Positions 55,807-64,000 of a stretch of 64,000 nt of DNA are shown here, piece after piece (the stretch's first letter is position 1; every line of letters starts with the position of its first letter). The DNA comes from a virus (taxonomy: Duplodnaviria; Caudoviricetes), in IMG/VR virus record IMGVR_UViG_3300031992_000011, one strand, 5' to 3'. The notes under the pieces were generated by a model, which was given only the letters and a program-made list of their open reading frames with translations, was not told the DNA's origin and made no database searches. Made by a program: the position numbers and the translations under genes.

Positions 55807-56472
55807 TCATCTCAATTTACCATGTAATTTTCCCCTGCAGAAATACCTGTGCTTTCCGCTCCATCCGGGTTCGACACACTCGGTAATCAGTCGGTCGACA
55901 TCATATTGCGATGTTCGTGCTTCAATGAGGTCATAATACGACTCCACGCATTCGAAGAACGGGATGCGGAACTTGAATTTGCGCGATATCTTTGTATAGA
56001 AATCACGGTCATTGGTGGCATCGACAATCTCATGCTCCTCTCGCTGAAGTTTCAGCGGTGAATTGTGGTCATCGCCTTCCCAATATTGGTACGACACATC
56101 GTCCCCGTTGGTCATGTCGACGAAAATCGCCGATTCCTGATTGAACATGTATGCCAATTTTATGAGTTCGTCGCGAGATATGTTGAAAACCATGACACTA
56201 GTTTCGGACGAGCCATACATTCCGTCCGTGACATAGAACCTGTACTGTCCGTTTTTCAACAAGTCCAACAGTTCTTCGTGTGACTTCTTGTTGTAGTCCG
56301 ATGGGAGGTCGCTACCGTCCGAACCCATCGGGTTCTGTGCTGATACTATGCCGATAGTCTTCACCCTGCGGTTCTTCCCCTGAATCGCCTGTTGGGCCTT
56401 TTGTCTGCGAGAGGTCTCATTCACGGCATCTCGCACCGCCTCGCTGATGATGTTCTTTAACTTGTCGTACAT
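55807..56472 (-). CDS. leader-family protein with DUF3293-like domain
   Basis: LKNIISEAVRDAVNE; VSAQNP..GMY..ETS..FNQESAI; TATTTAT at 56496-56502. Confidence 0.75.
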   Translation of the reverse strand: MYDKLKNIISEAVRDAVNETSRRQKAQQAIQGKNRRVKTIGIVSAQNPMGSDGSDLPSDYNKKSHEELLDLLKNGQYRFYVTDGMYGSSETSVMVFNISRDELIKLAYMFNQESAIFVDMTNGDDVSYQYWEGDDHNSPLKLQREEHEIVDATNDRDFYTKISRKFKFRIPFFECVESYYDLIEARTSQYDVDRLITECVEPGWSGKHRYFCRGKLHGKLR

Positions 56473-56510
56473 GTGTTCACTTGATTTGTTTCCTAATAAA
56501 TATTATGGTT

Positions 56511-56900
56511 TCACGCTCGCTTGTCCCACGATATCAGGTACAGTTCCTCGCTGCCGACCTCCGCAATCCGTCCTGAAAGTTTGACGATGTTGAATCCGGA
56601 TTCGACGAAAGGGGCAAATATCTCCGGGATGTGCTCAGACATCTCAGGGTCAAAGTCCACCACGCAGCAGTACGAACGGAAACGAGGTTCGTCAGTGTTG
56701 TAACTTTCCGGACTGATGCGCGTCATGATCATTCGCTTGATGTGACGCTGTGCCACCTCGATGTACTGTTGCGGAGACTTGATGTCCCCATACTTGGTGC
56801 GCATGAACGCGTCCATTGCGTTCACCGTGTCGTTAACGTGACTGCCGCACAGCAGGTCCACAACCTTGTGGAACATTCCTTTTTTTTCGTTCTCTTTCAT
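56511..56900 (-). CDS. hypothetical protein
   Basis: ORF; upstream TACCTTA (56963-56969) and TTAA-N6-TTAA (57003-57016). Confidence 0.7.
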   Translation of the reverse strand: MKENEKKGMFHKVVDLLCGSHVNDTVNAMDAFMRTKYGDIKSPQQYIEVAQRHIKRMIMTRISPESYNTDEPRFRSYCCVVDFDPEMSEHIPEIFAPFVESGFNIVKLSGRIAEVGSEELYLISWDKRA

Positions 56901-57012
56901 GTCTTTGTTTTGTCTTGAATGGTTTAACATATAAAAACCGCCATTCTGCCTGAATGACGGTGTAAGGTAATAAAAGAAATGGAATTACTGAAACATTTCA
57001 AGTTAAAAAAAC

Positions 57013-57609
57013 TTAACCCGTGATTTTTTTTCTCGCTAAATATCCGTCTACACTTTTGTGGCAAAGTTCCGAGAACTCCTTGTTCGTTATCTCCACGAGC
57101 GTGTCCCCATAGTCGGACAGTCTGCTGACATTCATCGTCATCTCGATTGGAATCCTGACCGACGACGCGTCGACGAACAGTATGTCTAATGTGGGGTTGT
57201 TAACGTGGGTGTTTTCCTGTGCGTTGAAGTGGCCGACAATACGTCCGCCCCTCTTCAACGTCCACGACCGTCCGATAATTTCCTTGAAAACGTCAGAATA
57301 TTCAGAAGCAGTCACCCGGTGACGTGAAAGCAGTTCATGTGCCGCCTCCTCCGCATTGACTAACGGTTCGGTCCGTGACTCATCGCTTAGTCTTTTGCAA
57401 AAGCGCTCGATTGCCCCTAAAGCCGAAATGTCTTCGGACGGCAAGGTGTCCTTTGGTAGTCTAATTGTTTTCATCACTGTTGGCTGTTGATATAAATTGA
57501 AAATAGTTTCTTTGCCTGTCACGCCGGTCACTATGAGACAAATCAATAGAACGACAAGTAGTATCGCAACTATCCAACACAGCACCTCGTCAACTTTTGT
57601 CATTGGCAC
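57013..57609 (-). CDS. membrane-anchored hypothetical protein
   Basis: N-terminal TM helix. Confidence 0.7.
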   Translation of the reverse strand: MPMTKVDEVLCWIVAILLVVLLICLIVTGVTGKETIFNLYQQPTVMKTIRLPKDTLPSEDISALGAIERFCKRLSDESRTEPLVNAEEAAHELLSRHRVTASEYSDVFKEIIGRSWTLKRGGRIVGHFNAQENTHVNNPTLDILFVDASSVRIPIEMTMNVSRLSDYGDTLVEITNKEFSELCHKSVDGYLARKKITG

Positions 57610-58166
57610 ACATTTTTGTACACCTCTTCGGTGAGCTTGATGTCGTATGAAGAGTCATGGAGTTTCGACTCGTCCAACGTTATGCCCAAGAACGACGCCA
57701 CAGTGGACAGCCTGAAATTCGGCATCTCGCTCCGTTTTTCGATGAGTTTCGCTGACGCGAGGATCATGACGTCTATTGTGTCCGGCCAAAACCAAGAACC
57801 GTAGTACGGGTCACCGTTGACAAGGAAAAAATTGCGCATGAATTGTGAGTCGAACGACTGACAGTTGTAACCCACCATGTGGAACTTGTCCTTGCGGTCG
57901 TAGCGGTTCACGTATTTCGACAGCATCGCCACAAAACTGCGGAATACCTCCTCATGCGGAGGGTATGACATCAGCGTCTCTGTCGTCAGGCCGCCGACAT
58001 CAAGGGCGTCTTGGTTTATTTCTGCGCCTTCGAACGGGCGCACGTGGTAGTCGAAAGACTCCTTGAACTCACCGTCGACATAAATACTGCCGCTTATTTG
58101 ATGGATGGCGCACCGTGCCGGGTTTGTGCCGGTCGTCTCCACGTCCAAAAAGCAAAGTTTTGTCAT
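57600..58166 (-). CDS. DEDDh 3'-5' exonuclease (DnaQ-like)
   Basis: LDVETTG, GYNCQSFD, LHDSSYD. Confidence 0.9.
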   Translation of the reverse strand: MTKLCFLDVETTGTNPARCAIHQISGSIYVDGEFKESFDYHVRPFEGAEINQDALDVGGLTTETLMSYPPHEEVFRSFVAMLSKYVNRYDRKDKFHMVGYNCQSFDSQFMRNFFLVNGDPYYGSWFWPDTIDVMILASAKLIEKRSEMPNFRLSTVASFLGITLDESKLHDSSYDIKLTEEVYKNVCQ

Positions 58167-58411
58167 TTTTTGGTCTTTTTTACTGTTAATACACTGTCGA
58201 AATGCCGTATCACTTCGGACATTGACGATATGATCGACTTACCGAGTGTCTGAAGGTTGTCCTGATGGATGCAGAACATAATGTATATCAAGCCGAAGAA
58301 CACCGACAAGACCACCCATATGCGCCACGTGAACCAAGACTCCATGAACAGCAGCGAACTCACAGCCATAGCGACCATGATAGCGGCGATAAAACGGAAC
58401 AAGTTTAGCAT
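58163..58411 (-). CDS. small membrane protein
   Basis: Two TM helices. Confidence 0.7.
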   Translation of the reverse strand: MLNLFRFIAAIMVAMAVSSLLFMESWFTWRIWVVLSVFFGLIYIMFCIHQDNLQTLGKSIISSMSEVIRHFDSVLTVKKTKK

Positions 58412-58444
58412 CTGAATTTTCTTTAAAACTTTCTTTTATATGCG

Positions 58445-58499
58445 CAAAGGTACCAAAAAAACATAGAATCACAAAGAAAGTATGGTTAAATTTTGTTAA
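58445..58499 (-). promoter_or_regulatory. Bacteroidota-type promoter with TTAA-N6-TTAA box
   Basis: TACCTTTG at 58445-58452 (minus), TTAA at 58486 and 58496. Confidence 0.8.
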
Positions 58500-58568
58500 A
58501 CTAAAAAAAAAAATCCGCCGCCATTCATCATGACGGAGGATTCCTTTTGGGTAATTGGGCACAATATG

Positions 58569-59012
58569 TTAACCTGCGCCGAGATCCTTAAGGTTGTTGT
58601 CTATCGCTGCGCTTTGCGTGAATTCACGGAACGCGTCCTTCGCCACTTCCATATCACGGAGTCCGCGGCGCTTGCTCATTGTCCCTCCCTTGGTCAAGTC
58701 AGTTCCGACACCCTGCGCAAGGTGTTTGACCGGGTTTTTCCCGACCTTCGCCATGAGTTTGTCGAGTTGTGCTCGCAGTTCGCTGAATTTCTTCACATCC
58801 ATTTTTTTCCCTTTCCTCAGACGGCGCATCTCTTCCTTGACATCCTCAATCATCCCCTCGATTTCCTTGGTGTCCTGTATGATGTCATCGGGTACGTTTT
58901 CCTCTGATGAAGAGTCTTTCCCTTCCTCGGCCTCATATATGGCGCGCCTCACTGATTCTGTGATGATTCTTCTGAGCGCGCTTTCGGTAAGTTTGATCGT
59001 TCTTTTCGCCAT
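58569..59012 (-). CDS. leader-family protein (LTESALRRIITESVRRAIYE)
   Basis: Leader; TATTTAT at 59030-59036. Confidence 0.85.
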   Translation of the reverse strand: MAKRTIKLTESALRRIITESVRRAIYEAEEGKDSSSEENVPDDIIQDTKEIEGMIEDVKEEMRRLRKGKKMDVKKFSELRAQLDKLMAKVGKNPVKHLAQGVGTDLTKGGTMSKRRGLRDMEVAKDAFREFTQSAAIDNNLKDLGAG

Positions 59013-59127
59013 TGTGCTTTGGTTTTATGATAAATAGTGGAAAGGTTTTGTTTCGGAAGATATCCTGTGACATTGGGGCATGCGTCCAGACTGACGGCAA
59101 GACGCTGTGAGCCAATCTTGTTTTAAC

Positions 59128-59592
59128 TTAAATGTAGTCCTGAATTTTGTTGAGCAGCATGACGGCTCCCTTTGGGAGAACCCCATTGGCGTCCCACTCC
59201 GCCAACTTGCGTCGCATCTTTGCGGCCAGCTGGAAATCATCTGCAGTATTGCCGAACCATGTCACAGAAAGCACATCGCAGCCAAGACGTTTAGCCCAAT
59301 CATTTCGCAAGTAAATGAATCCCTTAGGGGTCATTTCGCCAATCTCACCGTATTTCGCGTTCCACCTGTCACGCAAATGGCTCTTTTCAAGACCGCGTCT
59401 GACGTATTCATTGCCCAAATTAACGAACGATTCACTCTGTTTGCGAGTCGGACTCGCCCACGTAAGTTGTCTGGCAGTCTCGGATCTTGGAACATCGTCA
59501 CTCGGACCCTTTATCTCATTAATGACACGCCTCACGCTCTCGCTGATAATGGTGCGGAGAGAACTCTCCGTCAAACGTATTTTTCTTCCCAT
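59128..59592 (-). CDS. leader-family protein (LTESSLRTIISESVRRVINE)
   Basis: Leader; TATTTAT at 59619-59625. Confidence 0.85.
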   Translation of the reverse strand: MGRKIRLTESSLRTIISESVRRVINEIKGPSDDVPRSETARQLTWASPTRKQSESFVNLGNEYVRRGLEKSHLRDRWNAKYGEIGEMTPKGFIYLRNDWAKRLGCDVLSVTWFGNTADDFQLAAKMRRKLAEWDANGVLPKGAVMLLNKIQDYI

Positions 59593-59638
59593 ATTATCTT
59601 GTCTTTAGTATTTTGATAATAAATATAGACTAAACCTG

Positions 59639-60817
59639 TTATGACAATGGGGCTTGTGTCCAGCCTGACGGCAAGACGCTCGAACTGCCTTGTGTGTCTA
59701 TGTACCTACAGTACACCGTCCCTGTCGGGGCGCATCCTGTGAGCCAATCTTGGGCATACCCATAACTTATTGTCGTGTCCACGTCGACCCTGACAGACGA
59801 CACGTTCGGTGAGTTCTGGTACATCTGTCGGAAGCACATCTCCTTAAAATCGCCTGTCACGGTGATGTCAGGCGTCACCCTAAGGTTCGGGCAACCGTAG
59901 AACATCAGCATGTAGCATCTTTCCGGCAGTGAAGTCGCCGGAAGCGCCGGGGCCACCTCTATCGCCGTGCTGTTGTACATCGCGAAGTAGCAAGCTATCT
60001 CCAACTGTGTCGAGTGGAGCACTGACGGTGTCGTAAGTGACGAGCACTCTGAGAACATACCGTAGTAGCATAATTGCGCCATCTGCGTCGCCGGCAGTTC
60101 CGGCGAACTTGTCAGTGAAGAGCATTGCGCGAACATCTCATCGTAGCATGCGTATGCGAGCGTCGTCGCCGGAAGCGCAGGTGTCCTAAGCAGTGACCTG
60201 CATGTGGCGAACATGAGTTTGTAGCACTGTGTCGTGGCGGTCATTGCCGGCAGTTCCGGTGCGGTGACGAGTGACGTGCACGCCTCGAACATTGATTCAT
60301 AGCATCCGCTGGAAAGTGTCGTGGCGGCCAGTGACATTTCTGACGCGTTCACCACGTGGGTGTTGTTCTTGAACATCTGTTTGAACGCATGGTCTTTGCC
60401 TGTAAGGTCACGGACTCCCCTGTAGTTGTCCCCGTACAGCATGGACAGCGGGTTGCCCGTCACGTCGAAGTCGCCTGTCGCGGAGAATGTACCTACCCCG
60501 GCCGAAGACGTCGGCGCTATCTCGGCCTTCCACAGGACTTTTTGCCCGGCATTTATCTGCGGAGTGCTCTCCCCTGCGGGAAGCTCCGTCCACGTTTCCC
60601 CGTCGTCGACACTGTAGAACGACGCGTTGGCGCTGAGCGAGAATGTCCCGGACTCAATGGCCGAGAACGTCAGGTAGTCGTCGGCCGGCGTGTGCGGACT
60701 GTTGTAAGTGACGGTGTCCGTGTCCGACTGAAGCGCCAGCCAAGGCTCTTCGTAGGACGGGCCGTGATACACCGCGTCGTGTTCGGCGGCAGTTCCGTAA
60801 AGATGGATATATATCAT
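59639..60817 (-). CDS. BspA-like repeat surface/virion protein
   Basis: 24-aa repeats LPATTL...CY..MF..C.SL. Confidence 0.85.
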   Translation of the reverse strand: MIYIHLYGTAAEHDAVYHGPSYEEPWLALQSDTDTVTYNSPHTPADDYLTFSAIESGTFSLSANASFYSVDDGETWTELPAGESTPQINAGQKVLWKAEIAPTSSAGVGTFSATGDFDVTGNPLSMLYGDNYRGVRDLTGKDHAFKQMFKNNTHVVNASEMSLAATTLSSGCYESMFEACTSLVTAPELPAMTATTQCYKLMFATCRSLLRTPALPATTLAYACYDEMFAQCSSLTSSPELPATQMAQLCYYGMFSECSSLTTPSVLHSTQLEIACYFAMYNSTAIEVAPALPATSLPERCYMLMFYGCPNLRVTPDITVTGDFKEMCFRQMYQNSPNVSSVRVDVDTTISYGYAQDWLTGCAPTGTVYCRYIDTQGSSSVLPSGWTQAPLS

Positions 60818-61017
60818 TGCTTGTTTCTTTTGTTGTCTTCGTTTTCGTCCACTATGTAGTCGAACACGGTGGAGTTCAACCTTATTTCTTTCCCGTTGTC
60901 GTCGATGAGATGGTACGACAGGGCGTCATTCCTTTCGGTGAGATAGATGACGTTGCTGAATATCATCGAGTTGTCCAGCTTGGCCCATCGGCCTTTGTCG
61001 GAGACGAGGCGCATCAT
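60814..61017 (-). CDS. hypothetical protein
   Basis: Coupled ORF. Confidence 0.65.
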   Translation of the reverse strand: MMRLVSDKGRWAKLDNSMIFSNVIYLTERNDALSYHLIDDNGKEIRLNSTVFDYIVDENEDNKRNKQ

Positions 61018-61667
61018 TGCCGCTTTCCGAGTTTGTAGGACACCCAGTCAAGTATGCCCTCGACATGCGCCCTGACTATCTGGTGCTGGCCGAGGTCTGA
61101 AAGCAGGTACTTCACGTCATCCTTGTTCGTCATGAAGAAGTTCTCCGTGAGGCAGCACGGGCATTTCGATTTATGGATGATGTAGAAGTCGCTCTCCCAG
61201 TCGGGGTCTCCGTCAGACATCTCCTTGCGCAACGTCATTCCGTCCTCCTTGAACCTCTTTTCGGCGCGCTTGTAAATCATGTCGGCGAGTTTGTCTGAGT
61301 TGTTCTGCCCCCTTGTCGTCCATATGGTCCATCCCCTTGCGCTCGTCCACTCGGACGCGTCGCCGTGCGCGTTGACGTGGATGCTTACCATCACGACGTT
61401 TCCCGCGCCTTCCTTGTCGCACACCTTGTTGATTCTTCTCACCCTCTCCTTGAGGGATATGTCGTTCTCCTCGGGGGCGACGATCCTCGCGTCGTAACCG
61501 AACGACTTGAGTATGTCGCACAGGTCGTTCGCTATTATCCTGTTGTAGCGGTACTCCCTGAACCTTCCGTCCTCTATCGCGTCACCCTTGATTCCTGTTC
61601 CGTCAACCTTCGGTGAGTATTTGCCCGGAGTGTTCTTTCCGTGTCCGTGGTCTATAAGTATAACCAT
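61014..61667 (-). CDS. N-acetylmuramoyl-L-alanine amidase (Amidase_3), probable endolysin
   Basis: IDHGHG, FRE, SIHVNA, LTENFFM; TATTTAT at 61705-61711. Confidence 0.9.
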   Translation of the reverse strand: MVILIDHGHGKNTPGKYSPKVDGTGIKGDAIEDGRFREYRYNRIIANDLCDILKSFGYDARIVAPEENDISLKERVRRINKVCDKEGAGNVVMVSIHVNAHGDASEWTSARGWTIWTTRGQNNSDKLADMIYKRAEKRFKEDGMTLRKEMSDGDPDWESDFYIIHKSKCPCCLTENFFMTNKDDVKYLLSDLGQHQIVRAHVEGILDWVSYKLGKRQ

Positions 61668-61728
61668 AAAAAATCCGCGGCGGTGATTTTGTCCACCGCC
61701 ACAGATAAATATCAGGGATGACGCCAAC

Positions 61729-61917
61729 TCAAATTCCGTCCAGCTCGGAGAGAAGTTTTTCCTTGTATTCGTTCAACTTCTCCACTGCCTCTGACAGTAT
61801 TCCCTTGACCACATTGTCGTCGCAAGCGTCCACGAGACTAATCTCCGAGGCGACATCCTCGCATCTTTCAATCTTGTACAGCAGGTTAGCCACCTGCACC
61901 GCCATATTTCTTTCCAT
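61729..61917 (-). CDS. small hypothetical protein
   Basis: ORF after TACCTTTG (61922-61929, minus). Confidence 0.6.
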   Translation of the reverse strand: MERNMAVQVANLLYKIERCEDVASEISLVDACDDNVVKGILSEAVEKLNEYKEKLLSELDGI

Positions 61918-62017
61918 GCCGCAAAGGTAGCGAATTAATTTGGAAAAAAAACAATATACTTGATAAAAAATTAGCGAATCAGAACGATTCGCCAATATGT
62001 TCAACAAGTCCATTGGA

Positions 62018-62275
62018 TTAGTGCCTAGTACCAATACCGGATTGGTTATGCAAAATAGTTTGAACTTTTCTTTCTAGTTCTTCGCCTGATAACCCTTTGC
62101 TTGCCCAATATTTCCTAAGACCATCAACTTTACGCGGATCAACATTTTTACCCATCTCTGTTTGAGACCGTTCTCCCCAATTTGGATACTCAGAATTCTC
62201 CCTGATTATTCTTTTTACCGACTCTTTCACGATTCTGTGAAGGTCTGATTCGGTTAATCTTATTATTTGTTTCAT
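62018..62275 (-). CDS. leader-family protein (LTESDLHRIVKESVKRIIRE)
   Basis: Leader motif. Confidence 0.85.
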   Translation of the reverse strand: MKQIIRLTESDLHRIVKESVKRIIRENSEYPNWGERSQTEMGKNVDPRKVDGLRKYWASKGLSGEELERKVQTILHNQSGIGTRH

Positions 62276-62396
62276 ATTATGAAATGTGCTTAATTCATTA
62301 TTTTATTAATAACTATTACAATGAACGCGTATATTGTCCCCTTAATTTGATGATGAAAGATTTTTCCCCACTAATTATTGTGAAAAAGGGAAAGAA

Positions 62397-62771
62397 ATGG
62401 GAAAGATTGTCATATTGAGCGAGGAGTCAGCGAAATGCGTCAGAAGGGGTGTGCTGAACGAGTCGTTCCACCCGTTAAGGGCGCAGGTGCTCAAGGTGAA
62501 GAGATACCTTGACAGCATGTTCGTCAGGGACAAGCAGTACGACATAGACGCCGACGGAATGCCAGTCAAGAAGGCGACTGCCGTGATGATGAGCGACGGA
62601 CAGGCGCTCAAAGCGATGAACGGTGAAGAGCTTCTCTCGCTGCTTGACGACCATTTCGGGGACATAATCAAGAACGACTCGGACCGCAGGAAGTTCCTCA
62701 AGGCAGTGATAAACTATTGGTACACGGGTGACATCAGTAAGGAGGGGATGCTTCCTGTCAACACGCTATAG
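62397..62771 (+). CDS. leader-family-like protein (IVILSEE...VLNE)
   Basis: Divergent leader variant. Confidence 0.7.
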   Translation: MGKIVILSEESAKCVRRGVLNESFHPLRAQVLKVKRYLDSMFVRDKQYDIDADGMPVKKATAVMMSDGQALKAMNGEELLSLLDDHFGDIIKNDSDRRKFLKAVINYWYTGDISKEGMLPVNTL

Positions 62772-62787
62772 ACAAAACAGAGGACAG

Positions 62788-62820
62788 AAATGGGCGAGAC
62801 TTGTAGTTTCGCCCATATTT
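62788..62820. terminator. terminator between convergent genes
   Basis: ATGGGCGAGAC/GTTTCGCCCAT. Confidence 0.7.
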
Positions 62821-62844
62821 CTTGCTACTCTATTGTCCTTTTCA

Positions 62845-63240
62845 TTACCGGTCTTCTCTCTTTGAACCAACATATCCGTTTGACATGTCCAACACCGTGT
62901 CCCATCTGTCGTCGGAAAGTGTTATGATCAGTCGCTCGATACGGAATTGCTTTGCGAAAACGCCTTGCCCGCTGTATTTACGCTTCAGTTCATCGACCAA
63001 AGATTGCGCTTCTTCCTTTGAGTTTACGACCTCGTCTCCCCAATCAATGTCTTCCCAGTCGTGATATCCCACATTCTTGATGAAATCCCAGGTAACGCGG
63101 TATTTTCCTGTCCGCCTGACGTCAAATATGTCGTTGTCACCGTCGTCGGGGTCGAATATGCCCTCACGCAGTATCTTCCTGATTGATTCTTCAACCAGAC
63201 CTCTAAGGTCCGATTCTGTCAGTCTTATTCTTCTTTTCAT
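62845..63240 (-). CDS. leader-family protein (LTESDLRGLVEESIRKILRE)
   Basis: ATG at 63240; TATTTAT at 63260-63266. Confidence 0.85.
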   Translation of the reverse strand: MKRRIRLTESDLRGLVEESIRKILREGIFDPDDGDNDIFDVRRTGKYRVTWDFIKNVGYHDWEDIDWGDEVVNSKEEAQSLVDELKRKYSGQGVFAKQFRIERLIITLSDDRWDTVLDMSNGYVGSKREDR

Positions 63241-63321
63241 GCCACATAGGTTATTTCCCATAAATAGGACATAGGTGGACCGCACAGATATTTATCCGGA
63301 AGACACAAACACTACACAAGA

Positions 63322-64000
63322 ATGGAATATATACGTTTATTCAAAACAAAATCCGCCCATGACACAGCCCGCGCCTATGTGGGTGGTGAGTATAAAGAAC
63401 CATGGGTGGCGTACGTGGACGACAACTCGAAACTTGTGACATACAACAAGGGATGGGACGAGAAGTATTTGACGTTTGAGGCGATTGAGAGCGGAACGTT
63501 TAGCTTCTCGAACAGCGGTCTGTCATATTCAATAGACGATGGTGACACTTGGACAGAAATTGCACAAGACACTGACACACCAACAGTGAACGCCGGTGAT
63601 AGAATTATGTTCAAGGGTGTTCTGAATTTTGTTGAGGGAAAAGAAGGTCCAATGGGGGTTGGAACTTTTTCTTCCTCAAATTCATTTAATGCGATGGGTA
63701 ACCCTTATTCATTGCTGTATGGGGACAACTTTGCGGGGGTTAGGGACCTAACCGGAAAGATCTCTGCATTGGCTTTATTATTCAATAATTGCCAAGGATT
63801 AATATCAGCCAAAAACGTTGCTCTTCCTGCGACAACGTTGTCTGACGGTTGCTACTTCAGCATGTTCAGTCGGTGTTATTCACTAATATCGGTTCCAGAT
63901 CTTCCTGCTACCACGTTGGCTATTGGTTGCTATGGAAGCATGTTCTCGAGTTGCGAATCACTGACGACAGCACCTGATCTTCCTGCAACAACGTTGACCC
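63322..64000 (+). CDS. BspA-like repeat protein, paralog of 59639..60817 (truncated by window end)
   Basis: MEYIRLF..EPW..YLTFEAIESGTFS..LPATTL..CY..MF; TATTTAT at 63289-63295. Confidence 0.85.
   Translation, partial: MEYIRLFKTKSAHDTARAYVGGEYKEPWVAYVDDNSKLVTYNKGWDEKYLTFEAIESGTFSFSNSGLSYSIDDGDTWTEIAQDTDTPTVNAGDRIMFKGVLNFVEGKEGPMGVGTFSSSNSFNAMGNPYSLLYGDNFAGVRDLTGKISALALLFNNCQGLISAKNVALPATTLSDGCYFSMFSRCYSLISVPDLPATTLAIGCYGSMFSSCESLTTAPDLPATTLT

Noticed and set aside
1-64000. Stop-codon recoding (TAG=Gln as in Lak phages)
   Set aside because: Long genes are intact in code 11, several genes end cleanly at TAG before terminators (7008, 40994, 53509), and no suppressor tRNA was seen
59639-64000. 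Diversity-generating retroelement TR/VR pair
   Set aside because: Differences between the paralogs are not adenine-specific and no reverse transcriptase is in the window

Overview
A 64-kb segment of a large (jumbo-type) dsDNA phage, most likely infecting a Bacteroidota host. The evidence is Bacteroidota-type TAnnTTTG promoters, OmpA and BspA-like genes, and densely packed small ORFs; the genetic code is standard, with TAG used as a stop. It carries about 21 tRNA genes (9.8-13.5 kb) interspersed with unexplained structured RNAs. A separately promoted array of four scaffold RNAs follows (13575-14090). They share a GUGA...GUUACUUCG strand and carry different cargos: little or none, a His-like tRNA body, a Lys(UUU) tRNA body, and a circularly permuted YrlA/Y-RNA-like tRNA mimic. 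Plus-strand early/middle operons encode host-takeover and RNA-repair functions: AAA+/M41 protease, DnaJ, Nudix, IF3, sigma-70, RlaP-like NTase, HD-kinase, RNA ligase, Thg1, phosphoesterases, MTases, SSB and exonucleases. Their promoters carry a TTAA-N6-TTAA box at a near-fixed position. Interleaved are genes behind a TATTTAT putative late promoter, about 15 of which share an N-terminal (or internal) LTESxLRRII.E.V...L.E leader fused to unrelated cargos, suggesting a capsid-targeting/processing tag system. All calls come from reading motifs by eye; no database searches were run.
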